Origin: a virus
Length of the DNA stretch: 64,000 bases
Reading direction: 5' to 3' (one strand)
IMG/VR virus record: IMGVR_UViG_3300007775_000157
Span: 1-64,000 of that record
The first letter of the stretch is position 1. Each line of letters starts with the position of its first letter. Shown piece by piece: positions 55,401-64,000 of this stretch. A program made the translations under genes and the position numbers. The notes below the pieces were generated by a model. That model saw only the letters and a list, made by a program, of their open reading frames with translations. It had not been told where the DNA came from and did no database searches.

Positions 55401-55867
55401 TTGACACCCTCTACGTAAATAGCTATACCCTCATACCTTTTTAAAGTCAATTTTATCCTAAATTTTTCTAATAAATTAATAAGGGTTCCGGCATCTATCA
55501 TAGAAACTCTTACATCGTTGTTTTTCCTGAAACCAAAAACGATATTAGAATATTCTTCCAAACTAATTTGTCCTTGATAAAAGGATTTCGCTGTCAAAAG
55601 ACAGTCTGGAACGAGAATTTTTATTACTCCACCAATAGCAAGTTTTTCTATCCAGTTTTCAATAGTAGAAGACAAACGATCAGACTGAATATACTGTAGA
55701 CAATCGATAGCGATTATTTGTTCTACAGAAGAACTTTTAGTTAACCAATCTATGTTAGTAATATCCCCTTGTCTATAAATAGAATCGGGAAAATCGCCTG
55801 GCGGCATTTTATCGATATTAACACAATCTGTCCTGATATCTTGTCCACAACCTAGGTTTACTTTCAT
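55394..55867 (-). CDS. SAM-dependent methyltransferase
   Basis: VNLGCG, NID, LAIGGVIKILVPD. Confidence 0.85.
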   Translation of the reverse strand: MKVNLGCGQDIRTDCVNIDKMPPGDFPDSIYRQGDITNIDWLTKSSSVEQIIAIDCLQYIQSDRLSSTIENWIEKLAIGGVIKILVPDCLLTAKSFYQGQISLEEYSNIVFGFRKNNDVRVSMIDAGTLINLLEKFRIKLTLKRYEGIAIYVEGVKC

Positions 55868-55880
55868 CTTACTTCCTTTT

Positions 55881-56900
55881 CTAATCTAAGCATCCAACAG
55901 GACATTCTGCGACTTTCCAAAATGCCTTATTCCATGCATCAATAAATTGTTGTTGTCCAAACATATCTATTACAGTCTGCCTTCCAGCAGCCCCTATTTC
56001 TGCTGCCATGTCTTGGTCATCTATTAAATTCTTTAACGCCTTTTTCATTTGTACTGGATCATTAGTTATAAAACCATTTTTTCCATTCTCAATAAATTCG
56101 GGGAGAGAAGTTGTGGCGGTCGTAACAACCGGACAGCCAACGGACATTGCTTCTAGTATCGCGAATGGGCAAGACGACCAAAGTGTGGTATTGAGGAATA
56201 CAGAGGCGTGTCTATATAGTTCTCTAAGATGGTCTGTGTTGTCAGCCATTACAGAAAATCCCGGACTATCGCCCCATGGATTAACTTCTAGGCCATCGGT
56301 TACTTCTTTCCATATTGAAAAACCACAAATCCTATCTCTTGTCAAATAATTCCAGACGGCAGTCATAACCTTGCCGTCTCCACCAACCCATCCATTCCAA
56401 TAATCTGTGTCCATACCGTGTCTAATTATTTGTACATTCTTGTCTTCTGGGTCTCTAAACCAGGCGAAGGCAGAAAAATCTGCCACGAATATATCGTGAT
56501 TGGTCTTGAGGTTTCCTATTTGTTCTATCGTTTGATCTGTCCAGTCTGGCCATGGTAATGTGTGTTCCATTTGCAATAAAGGTGCATTGATTTGTTTAGC
56601 TATTTGGCTCATGATTGGATAATGATCTATTCTGTTTTGGGTTAACACTAGATCAAAAGCAATATCTATTTTGAGTTGTCGAGACAAATCCCCATTTCCG
56701 AGAGGGATTATATTGGCTGGCATGGCTCTTTCTCTCTGGTCCCATTGATGAAACTTAGGATGATTCAACATATAAAAATTGTGGCCAGTCTTTGCCAAAG
56801 TCGCTTGATATGCTTCGTGATTTAGGGCAAACAAAATATTGAGAGGTTTGCTTTTATCTCTGTTTACGCTTCGTAAGGCGGTAGAAATTGGTGTAACCAT
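55881..56900 (-). CDS. Glycosyltransferase family 4
   Basis: HGMD, LYRHASVFLN, LEAMSVGCPVVTT, GKNGFI. Confidence 0.9.
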   Translation of the reverse strand: MVTPISTALRSVNRDKSKPLNILFALNHEAYQATLAKTGHNFYMLNHPKFHQWDQRERAMPANIIPLGNGDLSRQLKIDIAFDLVLTQNRIDHYPIMSQIAKQINAPLLQMEHTLPWPDWTDQTIEQIGNLKTNHDIFVADFSAFAWFRDPEDKNVQIIRHGMDTDYWNGWVGGDGKVMTAVWNYLTRDRICGFSIWKEVTDGLEVNPWGDSPGFSVMADNTDHLRELYRHASVFLNTTLWSSCPFAILEAMSVGCPVVTTATTSLPEFIENGKNGFITNDPVQMKKALKNLIDDQDMAAEIGAAGRQTVIDMFGQQQFIDAWNKAFWKVAECPVGCLD

Positions 56901-58090
56901 TAGTTTTCGCTCTCCAAGTTTTTCTTAGCTATCATGCCTATCTTTTCATAAGAGAATTCTTTTGCCCTTTGTTTTGCCAAGTTACCACGACGTTGTAGTT
57001 TGCCGCTTGCCCATTCTTCGTAAGCTTCTTGCATATGAGACACTAGAGTGCCTATATTGGGCTCGTACCACATTTCTTGTCCAGTATATAGGTCTGGAAA
57101 CGTGTCCACTTGACCGAAACATGGAGTTAACTGACCATTTATTAACCATCCAATTTTTGTATCACGCGGATATCCATGGAACAACTGAATATCTTCTTGC
57201 CAATAATCTTCGGCGTCTTTCAGCATCAATTCTGGATAAGCACCCCAAGCACTAAGTATCGCTGGATTTCCAAACCCCATGGCGTCGTGAGCCGGTATTC
57301 CCCATGCTTCACCATGACTAGCCGAAACAAAAACATCTCCAGTTCTGTGTAGCTCACATATTTGTTGTTCCGATACTGGATTTGTAATACAAATAACCGG
57401 AGGGTAATAATTATGCCTCATATATATATGCATGGATTTTTTTATATCATCTATCGTTGATTTAAGGATATTTGTTGCTTCTTCGGAAGTTTTGCCAGGG
57501 AGATTTGTTTTAATAACTAAGACAACATCATCCCGAACACTAAAAGCGCTGTAAAAAGCTCTTATAATTGCTATAATATTTTTACGTCTAGTCATTTCTC
57601 CTATTGTATAAAAAACACATTTACCATCGGTGCGTGGAATCTTTAATGATTCATATTCTTTGTCAAATCTTTCTGTATCGCATGAACATGGCAATATTTT
57701 AACAGGCAAAGACACACCACTTTTTTTAACGGCAGCAACATTCTGTATCGAAGGTACCCAAATTTCATCTAACATATTACAGCAATGAGACCAATTTGAT
57801 CGCAAGAAATTTGTAGTCTCCCAGTCAAATAATCCTATATTTTTGACGCCACCCTTAAATTCAAATTGATGTGGTAAAACGTGTTGAATAACCACATCAA
57901 CGTCATCGGTAGACTTGTCTTCTAGGTGTTTGACCTTTTTTGCCATAGTAGAATTGATGTTTTGAGAAAGTCTAATTGATCTTGCAACGACATTTATCCC
58001 GACTCGGTCCATGGCTAACATATTGTTTACAGCTTGATTGCCGTAGCCAGTACCATCTTTAAATACTCCAAGATAACAAACTTTCATCAA
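56900..58090 (-). CDS. Glycosyltransferase family 4
   Basis: TGYG, EIWVPS, RRKN, DVFVSASHGEAWGIP. Confidence 0.9.
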   Translation of the reverse strand: MMKVCYLGVFKDGTGYGNQAVNNMLAMDRVGINVVARSIRLSQNINSTMAKKVKHLEDKSTDDVDVVIQHVLPHQFEFKGGVKNIGLFDWETTNFLRSNWSHCCNMLDEIWVPSIQNVAAVKKSGVSLPVKILPCSCDTERFDKEYESLKIPRTDGKCVFYTIGEMTRRKNIIAIIRAFYSAFSVRDDVVLVIKTNLPGKTSEEATNILKSTIDDIKKSMHIYMRHNYYPPVICITNPVSEQQICELHRTGDVFVSASHGEAWGIPAHDAMGFGNPAILSAWGAYPELMLKDAEDYWQEDIQLFHGYPRDTKIGWLINGQLTPCFGQVDTFPDLYTGQEMWYEPNIGTLVSHMQEAYEEWASGKLQRRGNLAKQRAKEFSYEKIGMIAKKNLESEN

Positions 58091-58102
58091 ATAAGAACCT
58101 TT

Positions 58103-59803
58103 CTAGAAAATATTTACGCTAACAGAATTAGATTTTGATTCTTGTAATCCATGGATTCTTTGCATTTCCAAATTATTAGATTCTTTAACCATACCCATAA
58201 AATGTTCTATCATCATCCTTCTGTCGAACGGGACTGTTTTGTCGCCTATCGTCCTAGAACCGCTATTAAGGGCTTTTAGCCAATCTGCCGCAAAATATGT
58301 ATTTATCATATCTGGTCTTTTCCATATCTTGCCTATAACCCAATTAACGAATTCGCTATTATTCATATTATTGCTTGGTGCAGTTAGGTCGGGTTCGTTA
58401 ATGTCCACATCTGGTTTGAGCCAAGTATTGTTCTGATCATATATTTCTGTTTCCTTGATTACTTGTATCCAGATCGCAGCAGTTCTTTCCCAACTTCTTC
58501 GTCTCATTTTTGCAGTTTGGCCATATGTTTCAACAAGTTCTTCTACATACTGTCTGGTTTGTAGGTTTTTTTCATTTCTTCTGGATTCATTCTGTTTAAG
58601 AAACTTATTTAATTTTTGAATAAAATCTCTATTATCTGGTAATGCTCTTTTCTGTTCTGTTTCTATTATCGCTTCCCAGAAGAATCTTTCTACTTCGACA
58701 GGAATAGCGGTAGGACACTGTAGATGATCTTCCATGGCCGAATAGTTGACAGCCATAGTTGGGACTCCACAAGCCTGTGCTTCTGTTAGAGGCATACCCC
58801 AACCCTCGCATATTGAATACTGAACATACAAATCAAAAGATTTCATAATGTCGGCTAAAACATTCCTCGGACACGAATGATTTGCATTGGGTGGATGCGC
58901 AGACAATTTTCCGCATTTACGACAAACAGCCAGTTCTCCAGTAAAAAATGAAGGATATGCGGTTTGACAATTTGTACATAAATATGTCATAATTACCTTA
59001 TTTCCTACCTTAAAATCAATAATCGCTTTTCCTATATCGTACCCAACATCTGGATAGCTTGTGTGAAGATACAAAAAAGTTCTTTTAGCTAATTCTGTAT
59101 GTCCCCTTGAGTTAGAATGATTAACCCAATTACTGAATGCTTCTATCAGGTCATAATACAATTTACGCTTTTGATTGCGCATAACAGTACCTACAATATT
59201 GGAATTAGGATCAATACCCATTCTAGCTTTGTGATCCCTTTTGTTTTCTGGTGGCTTAAACATTTCTAGGTCTGCTCCAGGAGAAGCTACCGTAATTAAT
59301 TTAGTTCCGGGACGAGCCGTTTTGCGCAATAAATTCATACCATATTCTGAATAAGTCAAAATTTTATCACACTGTTTATATGAATCTAACCACAATTCTC
59401 TTTGTGGTTCTCCATCTATCGTTGGCATCCATATTACCTTAAATTTATCCCTTAATGGAGAACGCAAAACAAATTCGTCCATCCACCAGTCACGAATCAT
59501 AAGAACAATATCTGGCTTGAAATCCAGGCAGACGTGATTAAATCTCCATTCTCCGAATTGATTTGTTGGTCTAGACATATATTGTTGAATAGATTTTTGG
59601 TCGTTACGAGATGGGGCAACGGGATAAAATTTCCACAAAACTTGCTGACATCTGGGGTCGTCGTCATGAGCATATGATCCGAGTTCCGCTATCTCAAATT
59701 CACCAGTTTCATGAATTCTTTTTATGACTTCATGCCAATAGGTAGAGAATCCAGTAGCAAGAAATGATGCTTCTCCCACGAACAAAATTCGTTTTTTAGC
59801 CAC
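58103..59803 (-). CDS. Glycosyltransferase family 4 with zinc-ribbon insertion
   Basis: TGFS, RNQKRK, CTNC...CRKC, CEGWGMPLTEAQACG. Confidence 0.9.
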   Translation of the reverse strand: MAKKRILFVGEASFLATGFSTYWHEVIKRIHETGEFEIAELGSYAHDDDPRCQQVLWKFYPVAPSRNDQKSIQQYMSRPTNQFGEWRFNHVCLDFKPDIVLMIRDWWMDEFVLRSPLRDKFKVIWMPTIDGEPQRELWLDSYKQCDKILTYSEYGMNLLRKTARPGTKLITVASPGADLEMFKPPENKRDHKARMGIDPNSNIVGTVMRNQKRKLYYDLIEAFSNWVNHSNSRGHTELAKRTFLYLHTSYPDVGYDIGKAIIDFKVGNKVIMTYLCTNCQTAYPSFFTGELAVCRKCGKLSAHPPNANHSCPRNVLADIMKSFDLYVQYSICEGWGMPLTEAQACGVPTMAVNYSAMEDHLQCPTAIPVEVERFFWEAIIETEQKRALPDNRDFIQKLNKFLKQNESRRNEKNLQTRQYVEELVETYGQTAKMRRRSWERTAAIWIQVIKETEIYDQNNTWLKPDVDINEPDLTAPSNNMNNSEFVNWVIGKIWKRPDMINTYFAADWLKALNSGSRTIGDKTVPFDRRMMIEHFMGMVKESNNLEMQRIHGLQESKSNSVSVNIF

Positions 59804-59821
59804 AGAATAATTCCTCTCCAG

Positions 59822-60418
59822 TTAAACAGACGTCATCCGATATCCTATCTTGTTCATTTTAGTACGTAATCTCTTCAATTTTCTCCACAAAGATTTAGCG
59901 GACACTCTTCCACTTGTCTCAAGATGATATATTTTGCTTAAAATCAATCTCTTGTCTCTTATTCGAAGATGTTTAGAAGATAAAATATCTGATAAAAAAT
60001 AATACGGTTGTTGATCAAATGACGGTTCAAAATATAATTGGTCGAACGATTTACATTTAACGATTGTTTTTATTTTAGATAGCTTTGCTTTCGTTATATC
60101 TAGAATATCACAAATCTCTGTCTCATTCAATCCACTAGCTATCATATTTCTTATTTTATAGAATAAGATTTTATCCTTATACGGCGCAGAAACAGAACTG
60201 GTCGATTTGATAGCCGCTTCTCTCATAGCACGAGATATCGCGGTTATTGCATATGAATGGAAATTCTTGATAGTGTCTTTGCGACAACTAATTTCGGCTA
60301 ATTTTAAATAGCCTTCTTGTTCTAAATCGTCCTGATCCATAGAGGAATACGAATATAATGCCGCATTTTTTCTAGCTAGGCGTTGTATGATTATTTTTAA
60401 GTCATCCTTGTATTCCAT
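59822..60418 (-). CDS. Phage sigma-70-family RNA polymerase sigma factor
   Basis: Region 2 DDLEQEGYLKL...FHSYA...ISRAM; HTH 'ETEICDILDIT'. Confidence 0.75.
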   Translation of the reverse strand: MEYKDDLKIIIQRLARKNAALYSYSSMDQDDLEQEGYLKLAEISCRKDTIKNFHSYAITAISRAMREAAIKSTSSVSAPYKDKILFYKIRNMIASGLNETEICDILDITKAKLSKIKTIVKCKSFDQLYFEPSFDQQPYYFLSDILSSKHLRIRDKRLILSKIYHLETSGRVSAKSLWRKLKRLRTKMNKIGYRMTSV

Positions 60419-60429
60419 TATTGCCTTTA

Positions 60430-60864
60430 CTAGAACGGGATTTCACTATCCGAATAATCTGATTGCTGTACCGGATCAACACCTTGACCAGCACCAACGG
60501 GTGCCGACTTCTTACCATCACTCTTTTGTGTCTTGCTATACTTAGTACAAACTTGGAAATCCTTAAGATTGATAGAAAACGCAACCTTCTTTTGTCCGCT
60601 ATCGTCTTCCCATGAATCTTGCTTCATAAAGCCACAGACGTAAACTGGAGTACCTTTCTTTACAGTCTCTCTCATCTTTTCTGCCTTTTTGCCCCAAACT
60701 TGCGCACGCAAAAAACAGACTTCGTTTTTCCATTCCTTGTTTTTGTCCTGAAAACCACGATTAAATGCTAAGTTAACTGTACAAACCTTGTTGTTACCGG
60801 CGATTTCCCGGAACTCAGCGTCAGCAACTGCAACACCTACTCCAAACACACCCAATTCAGCCAT
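60430..60864 (-). CDS. ssb: Single-stranded DNA-binding protein
   Basis: LAFNR, WGKKAE, KGTPVYVCG, acidic C-terminal tail DSEIPF. Confidence 0.92.
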   Translation of the reverse strand: MAELGVFGVGVAVADAEFREIAGNNKVCTVNLAFNRGFQDKNKEWKNEVCFLRAQVWGKKAEKMRETVKKGTPVYVCGFMKQDSWEDDSGQKKVAFSINLKDFQVCTKYSKTQKSDGKKSAPVGAGQGVDPVQQSDYSDSEIPF

Positions 60865-60901
60865 TTTTTTTCCTTTCTAAAATATAACCAGTTCTTTTTA
60901 C

Positions 60902-60909
60902 ATTATACG
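60902..60909 (-). promoter_or_regulatory. CGTATAAT -10-like element upstream of ssb
   Basis: Same CGTATAAT variant precedes island genes at 23821 and 25258. Confidence 0.45.
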
Positions 60910-60933
60910 TTTAAGTCTCGTATTTGTTTCAAT

Positions 60934-62784
60934 TTAAATAAGTTTTTTGATATCTTCTACGATAAAACTACCGTTTTTCTTTGTTCCGTAGACCAAACAA
61001 ATGGTATCTTCTTTGCATAGACCTTTTAATTTCTGGAACGAATCAGGAAAAACAACAGCGTGATCTATCGAATACGTAGAATCAGAAATGGTGAGGAAGC
61101 ACATCGGCTGTCCAGGATTTCTACCCCTTTTTGTCTTTGTATGTTTGACTAAGTCTATAATAGCACAAACAACGGCACTAGTATTATTGAACATCTTTGC
61201 TACGTCAAGACATGTATGCGTGGCCAAACTATCATCAGCATCGTCCGCTTGTGAGCAAGACAAAGAAATACCTAGGAAATGTTTTTCTGCTGTTGCATTA
61301 GCTCTGTTGGTGTCGAAAATATCTGGTTCGAGTTTTTTTGCCTTTTGTGCCATTATATTTCTTCGTCTATCGCTTGAACAAGGTGGTTTAACGACAGATT
61401 GTTGATATCCATTTTTATTGAGTATGTCTGTTATCTGTTTTTTTGTTAACTTGGTAAATGAATTAATCCAGTCATTTGAGTTTTGTTCTAATGCAAATTT
61501 AACATTTTGTTCTCCCACACATATTGCTGTATTTTGCTCTATTTTGTTTCTCATGTACGTCTGTGCAACAGAAACTAATTCGGACTTAGACATCTGTGTG
61601 ATAGATTTAGATTTCTCTCCAGGTGATTCCGACATTTGTTGTAATATCTCTCTGGTTGTCATATTAGATTTTCTTAGTTTGTCAAAGAAATATTGTTTTT
61701 CTTTATCTGTTAAACCTTTTATTTCCTGTTTTTTCCCTTCGTGATCACGGGTCGTAGTCCCAAGTATAGTTTCTAACTCTCTGACCATTTCATTCCTGTG
61801 CATTCCATAACAATCGCACGCACCAGATTTGATTAATGCTATTCCGACATTTCTATGAAAGTGAGGAACTGAAGCCAAAAAGTCTGGCCAAGTCTTGAGG
61901 CCAATTTGCTGATCAAGACTATTGTCTATCGCACCAGTAATTTTAGTGATAGCGGATTGACCAACCCCTCTGATGTGAGACAATCCATAAGCTATCCCGA
62001 CAGAAGGATTTTCTATCATTCTGAAATTAGTATTGCCTCTTCTTATGTCCGGAGGAAATACGTCAATTCCAAATAATCTAGCATCTTGAACCAATCTGTA
62101 TATTTCTTCTTTGTGATCACTCTTGTACTGAGAGTATATCAAAAAACTCGTGAAAAATTCTTGGGGGAAATGACATTTTAGCCAAGAAGTCATGTACCCG
62201 GTTGTCGCATAACATATTGCGTGAGATTTATTGAAACTGTAGCGTTGACACTTTTCAATCCAGTGGAAAATTTCTTCTGCTATGTTGCTGTCTATATTTG
62301 AATGATTTTTACATCCTTCGACAAATATGTTTTTGAGTTTTTGGATTACTTCTGGTAATTTTTTGCCAATACCTTTCCTGAGAGTGTCTGCCTCAATAGG
62401 GTTGAATCCAGCAAGGTCCGTGGCGATAGACAATGCTTGTTCTTGGTAGACCATGATACCGTGTGTGTCGCCCAGAATTGTCTCTAGTTTAGGATGAAGA
62501 TAACTCGGTTTTTTTCTGCCAAATTTAATGTCGACATATTCTTGGCTTAATCCTGCTTCTAAGGGTCCAGGTCTCAAGATAGAAATCAAAACCCCAAGTT
62601 CGCTAATACTTTTAGGCTTTACTTTCTTAGCCCAATCTTGACCAAGCTTTTTCTCCAATTGAAATATTCCTACTGTATATCCACTAGATATCAACCTCCA
62701 AACAGAGGAACAGTCTCTTGGGATTTTCTTTATGTCGAAATTACCTTTGTCTACTACACAATTGCATTGCGAAAACTTTATCAT
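60934..62784 (-). CDS. dnaE: DNA polymerase III alpha, C-terminal part (fingers/HhH/OB) of a split gene
   Basis: GIFQLE, LRPGP, VYQEQ, AD.LRK..GKK, YSFNKSHA, GLSHIRGVG, LIKSGACD, C-terminal OB; PHP domain and catalytic Asp motifs absent. Confidence 0.9.
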   Translation of the reverse strand: MIKFSQCNCVVDKGNFDIKKIPRDCSSVWRLISSGYTVGIFQLEKKLGQDWAKKVKPKSISELGVLISILRPGPLEAGLSQEYVDIKFGRKKPSYLHPKLETILGDTHGIMVYQEQALSIATDLAGFNPIEADTLRKGIGKKLPEVIQKLKNIFVEGCKNHSNIDSNIAEEIFHWIEKCQRYSFNKSHAICYATTGYMTSWLKCHFPQEFFTSFLIYSQYKSDHKEEIYRLVQDARLFGIDVFPPDIRRGNTNFRMIENPSVGIAYGLSHIRGVGQSAITKITGAIDNSLDQQIGLKTWPDFLASVPHFHRNVGIALIKSGACDCYGMHRNEMVRELETILGTTTRDHEGKKQEIKGLTDKEKQYFFDKLRKSNMTTREILQQMSESPGEKSKSITQMSKSELVSVAQTYMRNKIEQNTAICVGEQNVKFALEQNSNDWINSFTKLTKKQITDILNKNGYQQSVVKPPCSSDRRRNIMAQKAKKLEPDIFDTNRANATAEKHFLGISLSCSQADDADDSLATHTCLDVAKMFNNTSAVVCAIIDLVKHTKTKRGRNPGQPMCFLTISDSTYSIDHAVVFPDSFQKLKGLCKEDTICLVYGTKKNGSFIVEDIKKLI

Positions 62785-62824
62785 ACAATATTATACCTTC
62801 AAATAACAAAACCATTTTCAGAAA

Positions 62825-63646
62825 TTAGAATTTTTCATACGCAGATGCTGTAACCCTAAGTAGATTGCCTATATCCGGAGACATTGCAGATAATCTTTGA
62901 AATTTCTGTGTTTTCACAGATTCGATTATCTGGTCTTTATGGTACTGATAATTATTAGCAAAACTTAATCCCCTAATCCCCTGATGTTCTGCTAGCCTAA
63001 TATGAGTTCCATGATGATTTGATGTAACAAGAGAACTCCAGTAAGACTCAGAAAGATTCGGGGGTGGGGTACCAAGAGAAGATTCTTCTATCATTTTTAA
63101 CAGAAGTTGTTCATTGAAACCTTGGCTAGGCAAATCTATTGAACCGTTTTTCAAAAGCGCTCTGTACTTACACATAATAGGTCTCATAATGTCGAACCAC
63201 TCCTTTGGCTGTACTACATGAATCCCGCACACTCTTCTTGGAGCAGTTGGGCGAATAAAATTGCTGTAAGGAAGACCAGTTTTTTTACAATGATTGAGAT
63301 GCTGGTCCATGTAAGACGGTTCTTCTCTGTATATCGCCATGTCAATATCCCCTATGGATAAACATTTGAATTCATTGAATTCTTCGAGAAAAGTTAGCCA
63401 TCTTAGACATTTTATTTGTTTTCCGCTTGTAAGAAGATATTCTGGGAAAGCATTTTCTATAACGCGAAAATTCCCAGACAGAAGATTCATCATATCTTTA
63501 ACATTTTGTTTAAGCTGTCTATCAACCATTACTATTTTTCTAGCTTCTGGATATGCCCTGTTCAAAAAATATAAATACCAGGGTATATACTTTTGATAAG
63601 GATCATTTGCCACAGACATAAAACACATTTCATTCGATTTGCTCAT
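62825..63646 (-). CDS. GT-A-like (DxD) glycosyltransferase-like protein
   Basis: LRWL...SIGDIDM DxD motif; EQLL. Confidence 0.55.
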   Translation of the reverse strand: MSKSNEMCFMSVANDPYQKYIPWYLYFLNRAYPEARKIVMVDRQLKQNVKDMMNLLSGNFRVIENAFPEYLLTSGKQIKCLRWLTFLEEFNEFKCLSIGDIDMAIYREEPSYMDQHLNHCKKTGLPYSNFIRPTAPRRVCGIHVVQPKEWFDIMRPIMCKYRALLKNGSIDLPSQGFNEQLLLKMIEESSLGTPPPNLSESYWSSLVTSNHHGTHIRLAEHQGIRGLSFANNYQYHKDQIIESVKTQKFQRLSAMSPDIGNLLRVTASAYEKF

Positions 63647-63655
63647 TTGATACTC

Positions 63656-64000
63656 CTACAAGTCTATACCCAAAGCCTTGAATTGAGAACTAATATCGGA
63701 CCACATATTCTCTGTCATACCTCCGTCGTCCATCAGGCGATAATAAGATTGATATAGTCCGTATGCATTTTCAGCTATACTTTTTGTCTCATCGATATTT
63801 TTCATTGCTATATCGCATACTTCCTCTAGATTGGATAGGTCTGGTTTTATCTCTAAATAATCTCTTCCAGCGACTAATTTGTTCATCCATTGAAAATCGT
63901 CCAAAGAACATGTAATAATGCACGATTTTAATCCCATACTTTCAAAATGTCTATATGTCAGAACACTGTTCCCAGGGAGACAAAGAGACACAAGAGAATT
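63656..64000 (-). CDS. Glycosyltransferase C-terminal domain (5' end outside window)
   Basis: SLCLPG...YRHFESM...DYLEIKPDLSNL...IAENAY, GT90/CgeB-like. Confidence 0.6.
   Translation of the reverse strand, partial: NSLVSLCLPGNSVLTYRHFESMGLKSCIITCSLDDFQWMNKLVAGRDYLEIKPDLSNLEEVCDIAMKNIDETKSIAENAYGLYQSYYRLMDDGGMTENMWSDISSQFKALGIDL

Noticed and set aside
62700-62784. Canonical DnaE split C-intein (starts MIK)
   Set aside because: No block F/G residues (VYD, HNF, penultimate His/Ser-Asn at about 36 aa); the resemblance is limited to three residues.
1-64000. Stop-codon reassignment as in some large phages
   Set aside because: Genes are full-length and tightly packed under the standard code, TAA/TAG/TGA all end genes, and no suppressor tRNA was found.

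Overview
A 64 kb segment of a large tailed dsDNA phage genome, AT-rich and read with the standard genetic code. The + strand (1-51.9 kb) carries the virion morphogenesis region: gmd, ERCC4 nuclease, terminase, portal, protease/scaffold, decoration protein, major capsid, neck and fibre proteins, major tail protein, tail chaperones, tape measure and distal tail genes. Most of these operons are preceded by a GTGTATAA promoter-like motif. An ~11 kb terminator-bounded accessory island (23.8-35.1 kb) splits the tail operon. It encodes a translation/RNA-repair kit: two unrelated RNA ligases, a cyclic-phosphate receiver domain, HD/HAD/SLOG enzymes, a ribosome recycling factor homologue, four tRNAs, a promoter-to-terminator structured small RNA, and a tRNA-shaped RNA whose anticodon loop is replaced by a 37-nt structured arm. 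The - strand (51.9-64 kb) has a Whirly-like ssDNA-binding protein, an annealase-like protein, a glycosyltransferase/methyltransferase cluster, a sigma factor, SSB and the C-terminal half of a split DnaE. The best leads are: (i) the anticodon-arm-extended tRNA-like RNA beside an RNA ligase; (ii) Ser-Gly enrichment in exposed virion proteins alongside many phage glycosyltransferases, a possible virion O-glycosylation system; (iii) a silent-site-conserved C-terminal DNLRSVFG tag shared by two unrelated proteins; (iv) a phage Whirly protein. All family calls come from motif recognition by eye, not from searches.
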